From a bacterium (GTDB lineage: Bacteria > Vulcanimicrobiota > JABDET01): a stretch of 64,000 nucleotides of DNA. Made by a program: the position numbers and the translations under genes. The notes beneath the pieces are model-generated. The model was not told where the DNA came from, ran no database searches, and saw nothing but the letters and a program-made list of their open reading frames with translations. The stretch is taken from the NCBI GenBank assembly GCA_021800275.1, contig JAJYZB010000001.1, positions 392,624 through 456,623 of the forward strand, in the 5' to 3' direction. The first letter of the stretch is position 1. The number at the start of each line of letters is the position of its first letter. Positions 48,149 through 58,034 of the stretch are shown here, piece by piece.

Positions 48149-48798
48149 TAGTAGTTCATATTTATGTTGAAGGCGCTTCAGATAAATATGCTATGGAGAA
48201 CCTCCTCAAACCGTTAATCGAGCGCAAACAAAAAGAAAACGTTTACATTCGTTTTCACGACTCTCCTGAAGGAGATAAAAAGAAATCAGTATTACTCAAG
48301 ATTCCACACAAAGCCGTAAACATTCTCAGAAACAACAGCTCAGCAATTGTCATCGCTCTACCTGATTTATATCCCAAAAATAAAGGATTTAATCATGAAA
48401 CCGTAACAGAACTAGAACAAGGCATTTGCAAAGTTTTTTCCAATAAACTGAAGACTGCAGGGATTCATTATGATGAGAAAATCAGAGAGCGATTCAAGGT
48501 ATTCTGTTTCAAATACGAGTTAGAATCTCTTATTCTGGCATCCAAAGAATCACTCGAAAAAAGATTAGGAGTAACCTCTCTTAAAATTGAGTGGCGCCTG
48601 CCTGTTGAGGACCAAAACCATGAGAACCCACCCAAAAAAATCGTAGAGAAACTATTTAAACTTCAAAATATGCGTTATACAGAAACAATCGATGCCCCAA
48701 TCATTCTGGGGAGCAGTCATTATCAAGAATTAACAAAGTCCTGTAGGCAATGCTTTAAACCTTTTATTGATTATCTTGAGCAGATCAGTCAAGCTTAA
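48145..48798 (+). CDS. DUF4276-like small protein with a TOPRIM-like N-terminus (predicted nuclease partner of the upstream ATPase)
   Basis: MIVVHIYVEGASDKYAMENLL matches the hhhVEGxSD opening of OLD/RloB/AriB-type TOPRIM domains. Acidic residues follow: IALPDLYP and others. ATGA start/stop overlap with the ATPase. The family call is from memory and was not searched. Confidence 0.55.
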   Translation: MIVVHIYVEGASDKYAMENLLKPLIERKQKENVYIRFHDSPEGDKKKSVLLKIPHKAVNILRNNSSAIVIALPDLYPKNKGFNHETVTELEQGICKVFSNKLKTAGIHYDEKIRERFKVFCFKYELESLILASKESLEKRLGVTSLKIEWRLPVEDQNHENPPKKIVEKLFKLQNMRYTETIDAPIILGSSHYQELTKSCRQCFKPFIDYLEQISQA

Positions 48799-49610
48799 AT
48801 AGAAAAACTGAAAACAGCGCAGCCCGTCCCGGTTGAAGGCGTGGAATAATATTCCAGTTTGCCTTTGGCTTTATCCCCTAAAACACCCCATAGGAAATAA
48901 TGGGAAGCCAATCCTCCTTCAGGTTGAGCTGCTTTAAAAAGATCACGATTCATTTCATCCATCTGGTTGAATGAACCACTGGTAAAAATGCGAATCACTT
49001 CTTCATCAAATTTCTTCGCATCTGACAGAGCATTCTTCGACTGTTCAGGCAGCCCATCAGTCTGGTTAGATAAAGACGGATTCAGATTCAATAAATCGGG
49101 ACGGTAACTTAAAGAACCAGTCACAAGAATTCCCATGGGCTCACTCCATTTTTGTCCCCCTTTTTTTACCGCGATTCCCCACTTTCTGTGAGCTTCAGGA
49201 GACATCTGAGACAAAGAAATAGGAAGAACTTTGCGATGTTCTGGAGCAAGCAGTTTAAAAAGCTCCCATTCTGAAACTGTAATCCCTCCAACTTCAGTTC
49301 CTTCTATCCATAATCCAGCAGCTTCCCCTGATTTCACCAGCATCTCCGCTAATTCAGGCTGTCCTTCAAAAAAAGGAGGAGAAGGATCTTTTTGGGGAGT
49401 GAAATCGTTCCCCACCAAAAAAACAGAACGAGCATTTTGAACTAAAAACTTTCCTTTCGGCTTCCATTTTATGCTCACTGTGATTAAACGGTGAACCTCT
49501 TCGAACGAGCTCGAGAGTTTTGCCAGAACTTGAGAAAGGTCATGATAAACTCCATTCCTTCTGACCAACTCAGGATTAAAACCCAGATAAATCGCTTTTA
49601 CAATAGGCAT
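48795..49610 (-). CDS. DODA-type (LigB / YgiD-like) extradiol dioxygenase family protein, apparently lacking the canonical His ligands
   Basis: AIYLGFNP, ITVSIKWK and HYFLWGVLG align to the YgiD motifs ALFLGHGSP, VVVSAHWD and HYLPLLYVLG. His is replaced by F and K. Confidence 0.55.
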   Translation of the reverse strand: MPIVKAIYLGFNPELVRRNGVYHDLSQVLAKLSSSFEEVHRLITVSIKWKPKGKFLVQNARSVFLVGNDFTPQKDPSPPFFEGQPELAEMLVKSGEAAGLWIEGTEVGGITVSEWELFKLLAPEHRKVLPISLSQMSPEAHRKWGIAVKKGGQKWSEPMGILVTGSLSYRPDLLNLNPSLSNQTDGLPEQSKNALSDAKKFDEEVIRIFTSGSFNQMDEMNRDLFKAAQPEGGLASHYFLWGVLGDKAKGKLEYYSTPSTGTGCAVFSFSI

Positions 49611-49740
49611 AATCTATATGTTTATTCTTTTTAAATCAAAAAATCCTTTTTTCTGTACTGACAAATCAGGTTGATGAGAAACTGCCATTATAAACCATCT
49701 GAAATTCTCAGCCTCTAGAGAACAGCAGAACTAAAACTGC

Positions 49741-49978
49741 TCAAACAGAAATTTTTTCCCCATCTTCTGGAACAGTCTGAGGCACACATTCACCTTGACT
49801 GTAATCATAAGCCCAGCGGTGAACTATAGGGATCAGGACCAGGGTAGCGCACAAGCCAGTCCCACTGCTGAGTTGTAATTTGTACTTGAATGGCATGAGA
49901 AGGAGGTGGCGTAATATAAAGTTTTTTCCATACAGGTCGAGCAAGAGCCATGGCTCCTCCCTCAATGGTCAACCCCAT
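49741..49978 (-). pseudogene. Possible remnant of a heme-copper oxidase subunit II (cupredoxin) gene, frameshifted
   Basis: IQVQITTQQWDWLVRYPG resembles the COX2/CyoA IxVxGHQWYWSYEYP strand. There are no TM helices. It is only about 58 aa before the frame breaks, and an overlapping alternative frame continues to 49741. Confidence 0.2.
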
Positions 49979-49985
49979 TAGATTT

Positions 49986-52001
49986 TTACAATAAATGAAC
50001 TGGATCCACATCCACAATTAAGCGAATTTTCCTCTCCTTTTGGTCTGCATGCCAGGAGTACGCTTTTTCCCCAATCGGAAGCAAATCTTCAAAACGGTGA
50101 GATTTAACTAAAAAATGCCAGCGAAACCGTTTTTTTATTTTTGAAATCGGAGCAGGTGAAGGACCTAAAAAAACAAAATCACCAGCAAATTCATCCGATA
50201 AGAAATTTTTTAATGCTTCACTCTGTTTCCCGACTTTATCTTCTTGCTCCCCTTCTAAAAGAAAGTGTGCGATGTGGACAAAAGGCGGATATCCGGATCT
50301 TCTGCGAGTTTCCAATTCTTCCCGATAAAAAGAAAGATAATCTTGTTTACGTACAGCTTCAATAACCGGATGTTCTGGATCAAATGTCTGAAGAATGACT
50401 TTTCCTTTTGCCTCCCCTCTCCCTGCTCTTCCAGCCACTTGTGTCAATAGCTGAAACGTTTTTTCCCCTGCGCGAAAATCAGGAAAATGAAACATCTGAT
50501 CCGCATAAAGAATCCCAACAAGGCTGACATCAGGAAAATTGAATCCTTTTGCCACCAACTGCGTTCCAATTAAAATTTGAACTTCTTTTTTCGAAAAAGA
50601 GGAGATGATTCTTTGAATTTCCCCTTTTTTAGAAGCTGTGTCCCGATCTAACCTTAACACTTTGACACGAGGAAAATATTTTTTAATTTCTTCTTCCAGC
50701 CTTTGAGTTCCAAATCCACGGTAAGTTAAGCTGTAACTCTCACACTTCGGACAGGAATGAGGAGATCTAATCCGATAACTGCAGTAGTGACAGGTTAATA
50801 GGGCATTCTCAATATGGAAAGTCAGACTGATGCTGCAGTATGGACACTGGAAAGTGTATCCGCAGTCCATGCACAAAACAAACGGAGAAAAACCGCGGCG
50901 ATTTAAAAAAAGAATCACTTGATTCCCTGCTGCCAAAGTTTGTTCCATCTCGTCTAACAATCTCAAGGTAAAGGGAAACCTCTGCTTAATATTTTTCTCC
51001 CGCATGTCAACGACCTGAATTTCGGGAAGAGGCCTATCCATGTATCGAGAAGAAAGAGTTAAAAGAGAAAAATTCTCCGTCTGGGTTAAATAATATGCCT
51101 CAAGAGAAGGGGTAGCGCTCCCAAGCAGCAGAACAGCATTCTCCTGTTCTGCTAACTTCTGAGCAATTTTAAACGTTTGATAACGTGGATTCTGATCCTG
51201 TTTATACGAGCTGTCATGTTCTTCATCCATTACAATCAACCCTAGATTTTTTACGGGTGCGAACAATGCCATTCGTGGCCCGATCACGATTTTTTTTTCA
51301 CCTAAAAAAATTAAATTTTTTTCAATACGCAGCTCTTTCTGCGTCATTTTCGAGTGAAGAACAGCTACCAGGCTTCCAAACTTTTCTTGAAACTTTTGAG
51401 AAACTTGAAAAGAAAGAGGAATCTCAGGAACTAAAACAACTGCCTGCCTGCCAGAAGAAACGACTTTTTCGACACACCTTAAATAAACCTCCGTTTTTCC
51501 ACTGCCTGTTACTCCATGAAGAAGAAATCCTTGAAAAGAAACTTTCCCAAGGGCATCACAAACTTGATTAACGGCTGCAGCCTGTTCAGAAGTCAAGCAA
51601 ACAGCATTGTCAGAAAGAGCGTGTTTGCTGTCTGACAGAGATTCTACTTGAGGATGATTTTCTTGCTCTGACAAGACCTTGCCATCCAGAGGGAAAACAA
51701 AACCTTTTAAAGCGCTCCAACGGGAGGAAAGATAGTGTTTTGCAATCCACTCAGACAGGTTCATCACCTCTTTTGAAAGAGAAACCCATCCTGAATTTTT
51801 TTTTAAAATAGACTTTGTTTGAATTCCCGGATCCGGACAGAAACCGAGTACATACCCTGCTGCCTCCCCATTTCGAAAAGGAACGATGACAGGATCTCCA
51901 ATCGAAATTTTATTCTCTAATTCCAAAGGAACTTGATAAGTAAAAATTAAATTGGTTTCCATATTTCCTAAGGGAAGCAGAATTTCAGCAAATAAAGGCA
52001 T
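49986..52001 (-). CDS. priA: Primosomal protein N' (replication restart helicase PriA)
   Basis: GVTGSGKTEVYL is Walker A. DEEHD is the DEAH box. The Cys-rich zinc region is CMDCGYTFQCPYCS...CHYCS...CPKC. Confidence 0.9.
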   Translation of the reverse strand: MPLFAEILLPLGNMETNLIFTYQVPLELENKISIGDPVIVPFRNGEAAGYVLGFCPDPGIQTKSILKKNSGWVSLSKEVMNLSEWIAKHYLSSRWSALKGFVFPLDGKVLSEQENHPQVESLSDSKHALSDNAVCLTSEQAAAVNQVCDALGKVSFQGFLLHGVTGSGKTEVYLRCVEKVVSSGRQAVVLVPEIPLSFQVSQKFQEKFGSLVAVLHSKMTQKELRIEKNLIFLGEKKIVIGPRMALFAPVKNLGLIVMDEEHDSSYKQDQNPRYQTFKIAQKLAEQENAVLLLGSATPSLEAYYLTQTENFSLLTLSSRYMDRPLPEIQVVDMREKNIKQRFPFTLRLLDEMEQTLAAGNQVILFLNRRGFSPFVLCMDCGYTFQCPYCSISLTFHIENALLTCHYCSYRIRSPHSCPKCESYSLTYRGFGTQRLEEEIKKYFPRVKVLRLDRDTASKKGEIQRIISSFSKKEVQILIGTQLVAKGFNFPDVSLVGILYADQMFHFPDFRAGEKTFQLLTQVAGRAGRGEAKGKVILQTFDPEHPVIEAVRKQDYLSFYREELETRRRSGYPPFVHIAHFLLEGEQEDKVGKQSEALKNFLSDEFAGDFVFLGPSPAPISKIKKRFRWHFLVKSHRFEDLLPIGEKAYSWHADQKERKIRLIVDVDPVHLL

Positions 52002-55000
52002 TTAAAGTTGAAGCCGCTTTATTTCTTGATCAATTAAATTCAGGGTTTCAGGATCAGACTGACTCTGCTTCAACCTCTCAAGCTGTTCCAGGGCATCTTG
52101 TCTCTTTCCCAGCATTTCGTAAGCTTTTGCTAAATCCCAACTATAATGCCAATTTCCAGGAGTCAAATCCCTGGCTGCTTTATAATGACCTGCAGCCTCA
52201 TTATACTCTTTTCTGTGCATCAACACATTTGCCAATTTCCAGTGATAAACGTCTTTTTTCTGTTTCGCTAATTTTAAAGCTGTCTCATAAGACGAAAGCG
52301 CAGATTCCAATTCTCCTTTAGTAAAAAAAAGATCCCCTAAAAAAGCATGGTATTTTGCCTGCTGCGGCGCCGAATGAATGGCATTGAGAATGGCTTGAAT
52401 GGCTCCTCCTTGATCTCCAGATTCTAATAAAATTTCAGCAAAATCCGCAAATATTTCCGTTTCCTCTCGTTTTGCCAGGCGAGCAGCGCGTTCCATGTGT
52501 CGTTTTGCTTCTGCTTTCAATCCCTGTTCCGCCTTTATTTTACCTAAAAGATGAAAGATATCAGCATAAGAAGGATAATACTGAGATGCTTTTTCAAGAG
52601 CAGTCTCAGCCTCTTTTAAAAGAGCTTTTTCCATATAAGTTTTACCTAAATAATAATAATTTTTTCCAACAATCTGTTTTGCTCTCCCACTGATAGGCTG
52701 TGAAGCTGAGTCTATCGCTTTCTGAAAAGATAAAATCGCTTCATCTAATTTGCCCAGTTTCAAGAAAGCTTTGCCAAGCAAATTATGGACAAGCTGGGTT
52801 CTAGGCTCTAACTCAAGAGATTTCTGGTACTGATAAATAGCTAAATTTAGCAGGTTTTGTTCGGCATAAACTCTTCCCAAAAGTCCCTGTGCAAGCGCAT
52901 CTCCAGGTTTAAGCTCAACCACTTTTTGATATTCTTTTCTAGCCAGATCTAGCTTGCCTCTTGTTTCATACATAACCCCGAGAGCTTTGCGATAATCAGT
53001 GTTATTCGGATCATATGAAACAGCTCGCAGCATTTCTTCAATTGCGTTGTCTAAATTTTCCTGCATATAATAAACTAATCCGAGAGATTCATGAATCTCA
53101 GGATTATATGGATCATACTGCAGAGCAGTTTTATATTCCTGAACCGCAAGTCCTGATTCTTCTCTCCAAAAATGAATCTGCGCCAAACTGGCATGGGCTT
53201 CAGCATCAGAAGGATTCAAAGAAACAGCCCGCTTAAACTGTAAAAAAGCTTGATCAAGGCTGTTCTGTTTCAAATAGAGCTTTCCCAAATCTTTCAAAAC
53301 AACAGGATCATTGGGGTTTAAGCTTGCCGCTTTTACGAGATGATCAAACGCCAAATCTTCCTGATTTTCCTGCAGATACACTTCGGCTAATTTAGAATGA
53401 ATGCCTGGATTTTCAGGATTTACTTTCACCGCTTTCTTTAAATGGACAATAGCTTCATCCCTTTTATCCTGTTTAAAATTAAGATCTCCAAGGCGGCTGA
53501 GAGCAGACGTGTTTTCAGGATCTATTTCGAACGCTTTTTCATACAGTTTGATGGCTTGAGAAAAACGATTTGTTCTTTCATAAATTTCTCCTAAAAGGGT
53601 CAGAGCTTCAGAATCGTTTGGATTCAAATCTAAAACCTTTTTAAGAACCATATTCGCTTCTTCCAGACGAGAAAGGCGAATCAATACTCGAGCCAGACTG
53701 CGAAGCATGCTGACATTTTTAGGATCTAATTCAAGAGCTTGCTCCAGTGATTGAGAGGCTGATTCAAAATCTCCCTCTTTCTCTTGAAGTTTCTCCAACT
53801 TCTGCCAGACGCTGATCCGGGCGATCAAAGGAGCAGCTTTTTTATAAGCATCCAGCGCATCTAAATCATGATTCAACTTTTGTTCAATATCACCCAGGCT
53901 CTCCCAGGCATGGCCATTGTCAGGTTCAATTTTTAAAGCTTTAAGCAGCTCAGACTTCGCTTCAGTGTAGTGCTGTAAATTCAAAAAACAGAGCCCGGAA
54001 TAGTAATGCACCTCAGCAGCTGCTGAATGGTTCTTTAAAAATTTTTGAAAAACATGAAGAGCCTGCTCATAAGCTCCCTGTTGATAAAGAGCAATTCCCT
54101 GATTGATGTCATCAGAAAAATCAGAGATAAATGCAGAAGCAAGGAGAGAGCCGCATTCTAAACAATACTTCTGAAAAGAATCCCCTAATGTTCCACACCT
54201 GGGACAGGGAACTTGAGCTATTTCTTTTCCCTTTTCAGAAACAACTTCATCCCCTGACTCCACTGATGATGTTGTTTGAGAAGACAATAGATCCTGCTGC
54301 TTTTGCAAACGATCAACAACAGGATTAAACTTTATAAAAGAATCTCGAGAAAATCCCTCCTGTTTATCCTTATCCTTTGAGAGCAGATTTTTTAGTTCCT
54401 CCAAAACTGCTGTTTTATCTACGAACCCAGGAGGAGGGGCTTTAGTTTCAGAAGTTGAAGATTCTTGAACAGCAGGTCCTAAAAATCCTGCGTTTGAACG
54501 AAGTGACGATGAGCCTTTTTCTAAATCCTGCAACAGATCCCCAACAGTTTGATATCTATCTGCAGGGTTTTTAGCCAGTGTTTTCAAAACAACCTGATCC
54601 AAAACCTCGGGCACAAAAGAATTTAATTTCGAAGGAAGAGGAGGAAGGGTGGAAAGATGATGAGAGAGCATCTCTGAAGGGGTTCTAGCATCAAATGGAA
54701 GGGAACCTGTCAAAAGTTCAAAAAGAACAATACCGAGAGAATAAATATCTGAACGCAAATCTGCTTGTTTCCCTTCAGCCTGTTCAGGAGAGAGATAAGC
54801 AATGGTTCCCATAACAGCTCCTGGCTGAGTAACAGAGTGTCTGTCCTCCATGACCGCAATTCCAAAATCCATCACTTTTACTGTTCCATCGCGCAGGACC
54901 ATGATGTTTTCAGGTTTGACGTCCCGATGAACGACTCTTTTTTGATGCGCATAATGCAGAGCCTCTGCTGCCTGTTTGAACAAATTCAAAGATCCTTCCA

Positions 55001-55316
55001 AAGAAATCTCCTGTCTAGATTCAAGCCACTCTCTCAGAGTTTCCCCTTCCAAATACTCCATGACCATATAATAAATCTCTCCATCTTCACCAATATCATA
55101 AATAGGGAGAATATGAGGATGCTCTAACTTTGCCGCCACTTTAGCTTCTCTTAAAAATCTCCGAAGAGCTTCTTTGTTTTTAAGAAGCTTGGGAGGAAGA
55201 ATTTTAATGGCGACCATTCTCTCAAGGCTCGGATCTTCAGCCTTATAGACGATCCCCATGCCACCTCTGCCTACTTCTTCCAGAATCTTATAACGGCCAA
55301 TAAAAACAGGATTCAT
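52002..55316 (-). CDS. Hanks-type Ser/Thr protein kinase fused to a zinc ribbon and about 20 TPR repeats
   Basis: GRGGMGIVYKA...VAIK...HRDVKPEN...DFG...APE gives the kinase subdomains. CPRCGTLGDSFQKYCLECG is a zinc ribbon. Long TPR array. Confidence 0.85.
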   Translation of the reverse strand: MNPVFIGRYKILEEVGRGGMGIVYKAEDPSLERMVAIKILPPKLLKNKEALRRFLREAKVAAKLEHPHILPIYDIGEDGEIYYMVMEYLEGETLREWLESRQEISLEGSLNLFKQAAEALHYAHQKRVVHRDVKPENIMVLRDGTVKVMDFGIAVMEDRHSVTQPGAVMGTIAYLSPEQAEGKQADLRSDIYSLGIVLFELLTGSLPFDARTPSEMLSHHLSTLPPLPSKLNSFVPEVLDQVVLKTLAKNPADRYQTVGDLLQDLEKGSSSLRSNAGFLGPAVQESSTSETKAPPPGFVDKTAVLEELKNLLSKDKDKQEGFSRDSFIKFNPVVDRLQKQQDLLSSQTTSSVESGDEVVSEKGKEIAQVPCPRCGTLGDSFQKYCLECGSLLASAFISDFSDDINQGIALYQQGAYEQALHVFQKFLKNHSAAAEVHYYSGLCFLNLQHYTEAKSELLKALKIEPDNGHAWESLGDIEQKLNHDLDALDAYKKAAPLIARISVWQKLEKLQEKEGDFESASQSLEQALELDPKNVSMLRSLARVLIRLSRLEEANMVLKKVLDLNPNDSEALTLLGEIYERTNRFSQAIKLYEKAFEIDPENTSALSRLGDLNFKQDKRDEAIVHLKKAVKVNPENPGIHSKLAEVYLQENQEDLAFDHLVKAASLNPNDPVVLKDLGKLYLKQNSLDQAFLQFKRAVSLNPSDAEAHASLAQIHFWREESGLAVQEYKTALQYDPYNPEIHESLGLVYYMQENLDNAIEEMLRAVSYDPNNTDYRKALGVMYETRGKLDLARKEYQKVVELKPGDALAQGLLGRVYAEQNLLNLAIYQYQKSLELEPRTQLVHNLLGKAFLKLGKLDEAILSFQKAIDSASQPISGRAKQIVGKNYYYLGKTYMEKALLKEAETALEKASQYYPSYADIFHLLGKIKAEQGLKAEAKRHMERAARLAKREETEIFADFAEILLESGDQGGAIQAILNAIHSAPQQAKYHAFLGDLFFTKGELESALSSYETALKLAKQKKDVYHWKLANVLMHRKEYNEAAGHYKAARDLTPGNWHYSWDLAKAYEMLGKRQDALEQLERLKQSQSDPETLNLIDQEIKRLQL

Positions 55317-55343
55317 AAGGTTTTCTCAGAACATTTCATTATT

Positions 55344-56540
55344 ATGTATAAGAAATTCGCTGTTCTTTTAATCTTTCTTTCCTTATTGTTTCCGCCAAGT
55401 TCGTTCGCTTCCTCCAGAAAAAGGAACCAAAAGGACTTTTCTCGGGTTTTATCGCCCCATTCTGCCCCTAGGCAGTCTTTTGCCAGGTTTGCATATTTTA
55501 TTGATAAATTCCAGCTTCCGATGCATATCAAAGGACAAATCTGGGCAGATCCAGACTCTGTTTATCAGGGTCCATTTTTCATTGACAGCCAGCTCAAAAT
55601 TTACCTTCCTCCTCACTATTTTTCGTATTATCCCCAACCCTTTTTCAGAGGTCCGGTGATGAGCGCAGATTCAACTGTCCTCTATTACAAGGGATACGGA
55701 CCTTTTAACAAACTCGGAGTAGTGAGCAGAAAAAAATTTAAAATGATCTTTCAGAGTTCTTTAAAACTTGGAGTTAAACCTATCTCATACCCTTCTCATC
55801 CTGAAAGAGAGATTCGAAAAGCTGCTTTTGGAACCTTCACTCGTTCAGCTCATAAGTCTCTTGTTCTACTTCCCCATTCAAAAACCGGAAAACTCTCTGG
55901 CGGAATCGTCATTACAAAAAGCTTAAAAAGTTTAACCCTCAAAGCGCCATCATCCCACACATTTCGACTCTTTCTAAGTAGCAAAAATGGCCAAAAAGCT
56001 ATGGTCCAGATTTCCTTCAAAAAAAAAGAGACCTTTTTAAAATATCCCTCAAAAAAAATTAAAATATATCATGGAATCCCCAATGGCATTATTTACATTG
56101 AAGGAGGGATCGGCTCTAAAAACCATGGAGGACTCAGTGGAAAAACAAGGGGGAGATGGACTATTGCCACAGAAAAGAATATCTATCTATCAGGTAATTT
56201 AAAATACTGGGATACTCCCTCTGGGAGCCAGCCTCAAGGAAACGACACATTAGCCCTTATCTCTCCTCGAGTTTTCATTACCTATAAAGCGCCAAGTCTT
56301 CTATTTTTGTACGCTACCATCATGTCCAAAATGCTTTTTGTCCTACCAAGCAAGAGCAGAGATCTGCCAAGACAGGGAGAATTAATCTGGTGGGGAAATT
56401 ACATAGGAGAATATCCAGCAATTATGGGAACTTTTAGTGAAAAGAGTGGAATATCCAAGGACGGATATGATCTTCTGAAATACTATGATGCAAGACTGGC
56501 AAAAAATCCTCCCCCAGATTTCCCGACGTATCAAGAATAA
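55344..56540 (+). CDS. Secreted hypothetical protein
   Basis: MYKKFAVLLIFLSLLFPPSSFASS is a signal peptide. No recognised domain. Confidence 0.45.
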   Translation: MYKKFAVLLIFLSLLFPPSSFASSRKRNQKDFSRVLSPHSAPRQSFARFAYFIDKFQLPMHIKGQIWADPDSVYQGPFFIDSQLKIYLPPHYFSYYPQPFFRGPVMSADSTVLYYKGYGPFNKLGVVSRKKFKMIFQSSLKLGVKPISYPSHPEREIRKAAFGTFTRSAHKSLVLLPHSKTGKLSGGIVITKSLKSLTLKAPSSHTFRLFLSSKNGQKAMVQISFKKKETFLKYPSKKIKIYHGIPNGIIYIEGGIGSKNHGGLSGKTRGRWTIATEKNIYLSGNLKYWDTPSGSQPQGNDTLALISPRVFITYKAPSLLFLYATIMSKMLFVLPSKSRDLPRQGELIWWGNYIGEYPAIMGTFSEKSGISKDGYDLLKYYDARLAKNPPPDFPTYQE

Positions 56541-56548
56541 AAAGGTGT

Positions 56549-56623
56549 GCGGGAGTAGCTCAGTGGTAGAGTCCCTGCTTCCCAAGCAGGTTGTCGTGGG
56601 TTCGAATCCCATCTCCCGCTCCA
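56549..56623 (+). tRNA. tRNA-Gly (anticodon CCC)
   Basis: GCGGGAG/CTCCCGC acceptor stem. Anticodon arm CCTGC-TTCCCAA-GCAGG. T-arm GTGGGTTCGAATCCCAT. Ends in CCA. Confidence 0.85.
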
Positions 56624-56637
56624 ACTGAAAATCCGCG

Positions 56638-57549
56638 ATGTCGCAGCAAGGATTTACAGAAAATTTTCAAGCTGTCATCTCTAAAAATCGTCGGAATCTT
56701 TTTGTTGTTTTCTTTTTAACCCTTATTTTTTTTCTTGTTGAACTGAGCGTTGGATTCATCACCAATAGTTTAACCCTATTATCAGATGCTGCTCATGCCT
56801 TTACTGATCTGGCTGCAATTGCTTTATCACTTCTTGCGATCTGGATCAGCCAAAAGCCTCCTACAAAGGAAAAAACCTTTGGATACTACAGAGTCGAAAT
56901 TTTAACTGCATTGATCAATATCACACTCCTTGTCGTTACAGCCATCTTTATTTTCATAAATGCTTACTCCCGTCTGCATAACCCCCCTCCAATTTCAGGA
57001 ATACCCTTAATTCTAGTGGCACTTCTAGGAATGCTCATCAAAGGAACCAACACAAGCATTTTATGGAAAAATCGAGATACGAACTTGAACGTGAAAGCGA
57101 TCTATCTGGATGTTTTAACCGATCTTCTTGGACTGGCAGCTGTGATTCTCTCAGGAATCATCATGACATTCACAAAGTGGTATAATGCAGATCCTATCTT
57201 TGGGGCTGTGATTGGGATTATTATTTTATTTAGAACATGGCAGCTGCTCTCCCAATCCGTCAATATTCTTCTAGAAGCCGCGCCTGCCCATATTGACTGC
57301 ACTCTTGTTGAAAAAGGGATACTGGATATTCCAGGGGTCGAAGCGGTTCATGATCTGCATGTATGGACAATTGCCTCTGGTATAGAGTCACTAACTGCCC
57401 ACATAGTCTTAAAAACAGGATTCAATCCTTATGATTCATCTGCTGTTTTGGACAAAATTTCTTCCTGTTTAAAAGACCAATTTGGAATCCACCACTCCAC
57501 TCTTCAGGTTGAACCTACAAGCCTTCAGGAAAGAGAAATATCACACTAA
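56638..57549 (+). CDS. Cation diffusion facilitator (CDF) metal efflux transporter (CzcD/ZitB-like)
   Basis: LSDAAHAFTDLAAIALSL is the signature HxxxD metal site in TM2. Six TM helices plus a C-terminal cytoplasmic domain. Confidence 0.85.
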   Translation: MSQQGFTENFQAVISKNRRNLFVVFFLTLIFFLVELSVGFITNSLTLLSDAAHAFTDLAAIALSLLAIWISQKPPTKEKTFGYYRVEILTALINITLLVVTAIFIFINAYSRLHNPPPISGIPLILVALLGMLIKGTNTSILWKNRDTNLNVKAIYLDVLTDLLGLAAVILSGIIMTFTKWYNADPIFGAVIGIIILFRTWQLLSQSVNILLEAAPAHIDCTLVEKGILDIPGVEAVHDLHVWTIASGIESLTAHIVLKTGFNPYDSSAVLDKISSCLKDQFGIHHSTLQVEPTSLQEREISH

Positions 57550-57614
57550 ACAAAGTACCCCGCTGCAAGGGACAGCGAGGCACTTAAGGTTTAGTTGAAA
57601 AATTCTAAACTTTT

Positions 57615-58034
57615 CTATGACTTCTTTGAGGTTGTAACCGCTTTTTTAACTTCCACTTTTTTCACTGTGGAAACACTTGCCAGATAAGCGGCAATGGCTT
57701 TAAAATCACTCTTCTTTTTAATATGCATAGCGCACATTGGAGGAGCTTTTTTCAGCAGCTGCTTCCAGGTCAACTTCGCAGCTAAGCCAGCTAATGCCGG
57801 GGCTTTCTTAGTGCCCTGACCTTTAATGCCATGGCATTCCGAACATTGAAACAAGGGGCTGTGATACAGTTTGTTTCCTGCTGCAATCAGAGTAGCAGAG
57901 GGAGCCATTGGGATTTTTACAATAGGCTTGACAACAGGGGGAGCAGCAGGGGGCGGCGCCATTTGAGCTTTATGTTTTGCGCATGAAGCAAGTATGGCTA
58001 AACTTAATAGAATGAATCCTAAACTTTTTTTCAT
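57615..58034 (-). CDS. c-type cytochrome lipoprotein (class I, single heme)
   Basis: CSECH is the heme-binding CxxCH. MKKSLGFILLSLAILASC is a lipobox. AAGGAGG lies upstream of ATG 58032-58034. Confidence 0.65.
   Translation of the reverse strand: MKKSLGFILLSLAILASCAKHKAQMAPPPAAPPVVKPIVKIPMAPSATLIAAGNKLYHSPLFQCSECHGIKGQGTKKAPALAGLAAKLTWKQLLKKAPPMCAMHIKKKSDFKAIAAYLASVSTVKKVEVKKAVTTSKKS

Noticed and set aside
46898-48798. GC-content or codon deviation for the candidate defence cassette
   Set aside because: By eye the composition (low-40s % GC) matches the surroundings. There is no flanking integrase, tRNA or direct repeat. Horizontal origin therefore cannot be asserted from composition.
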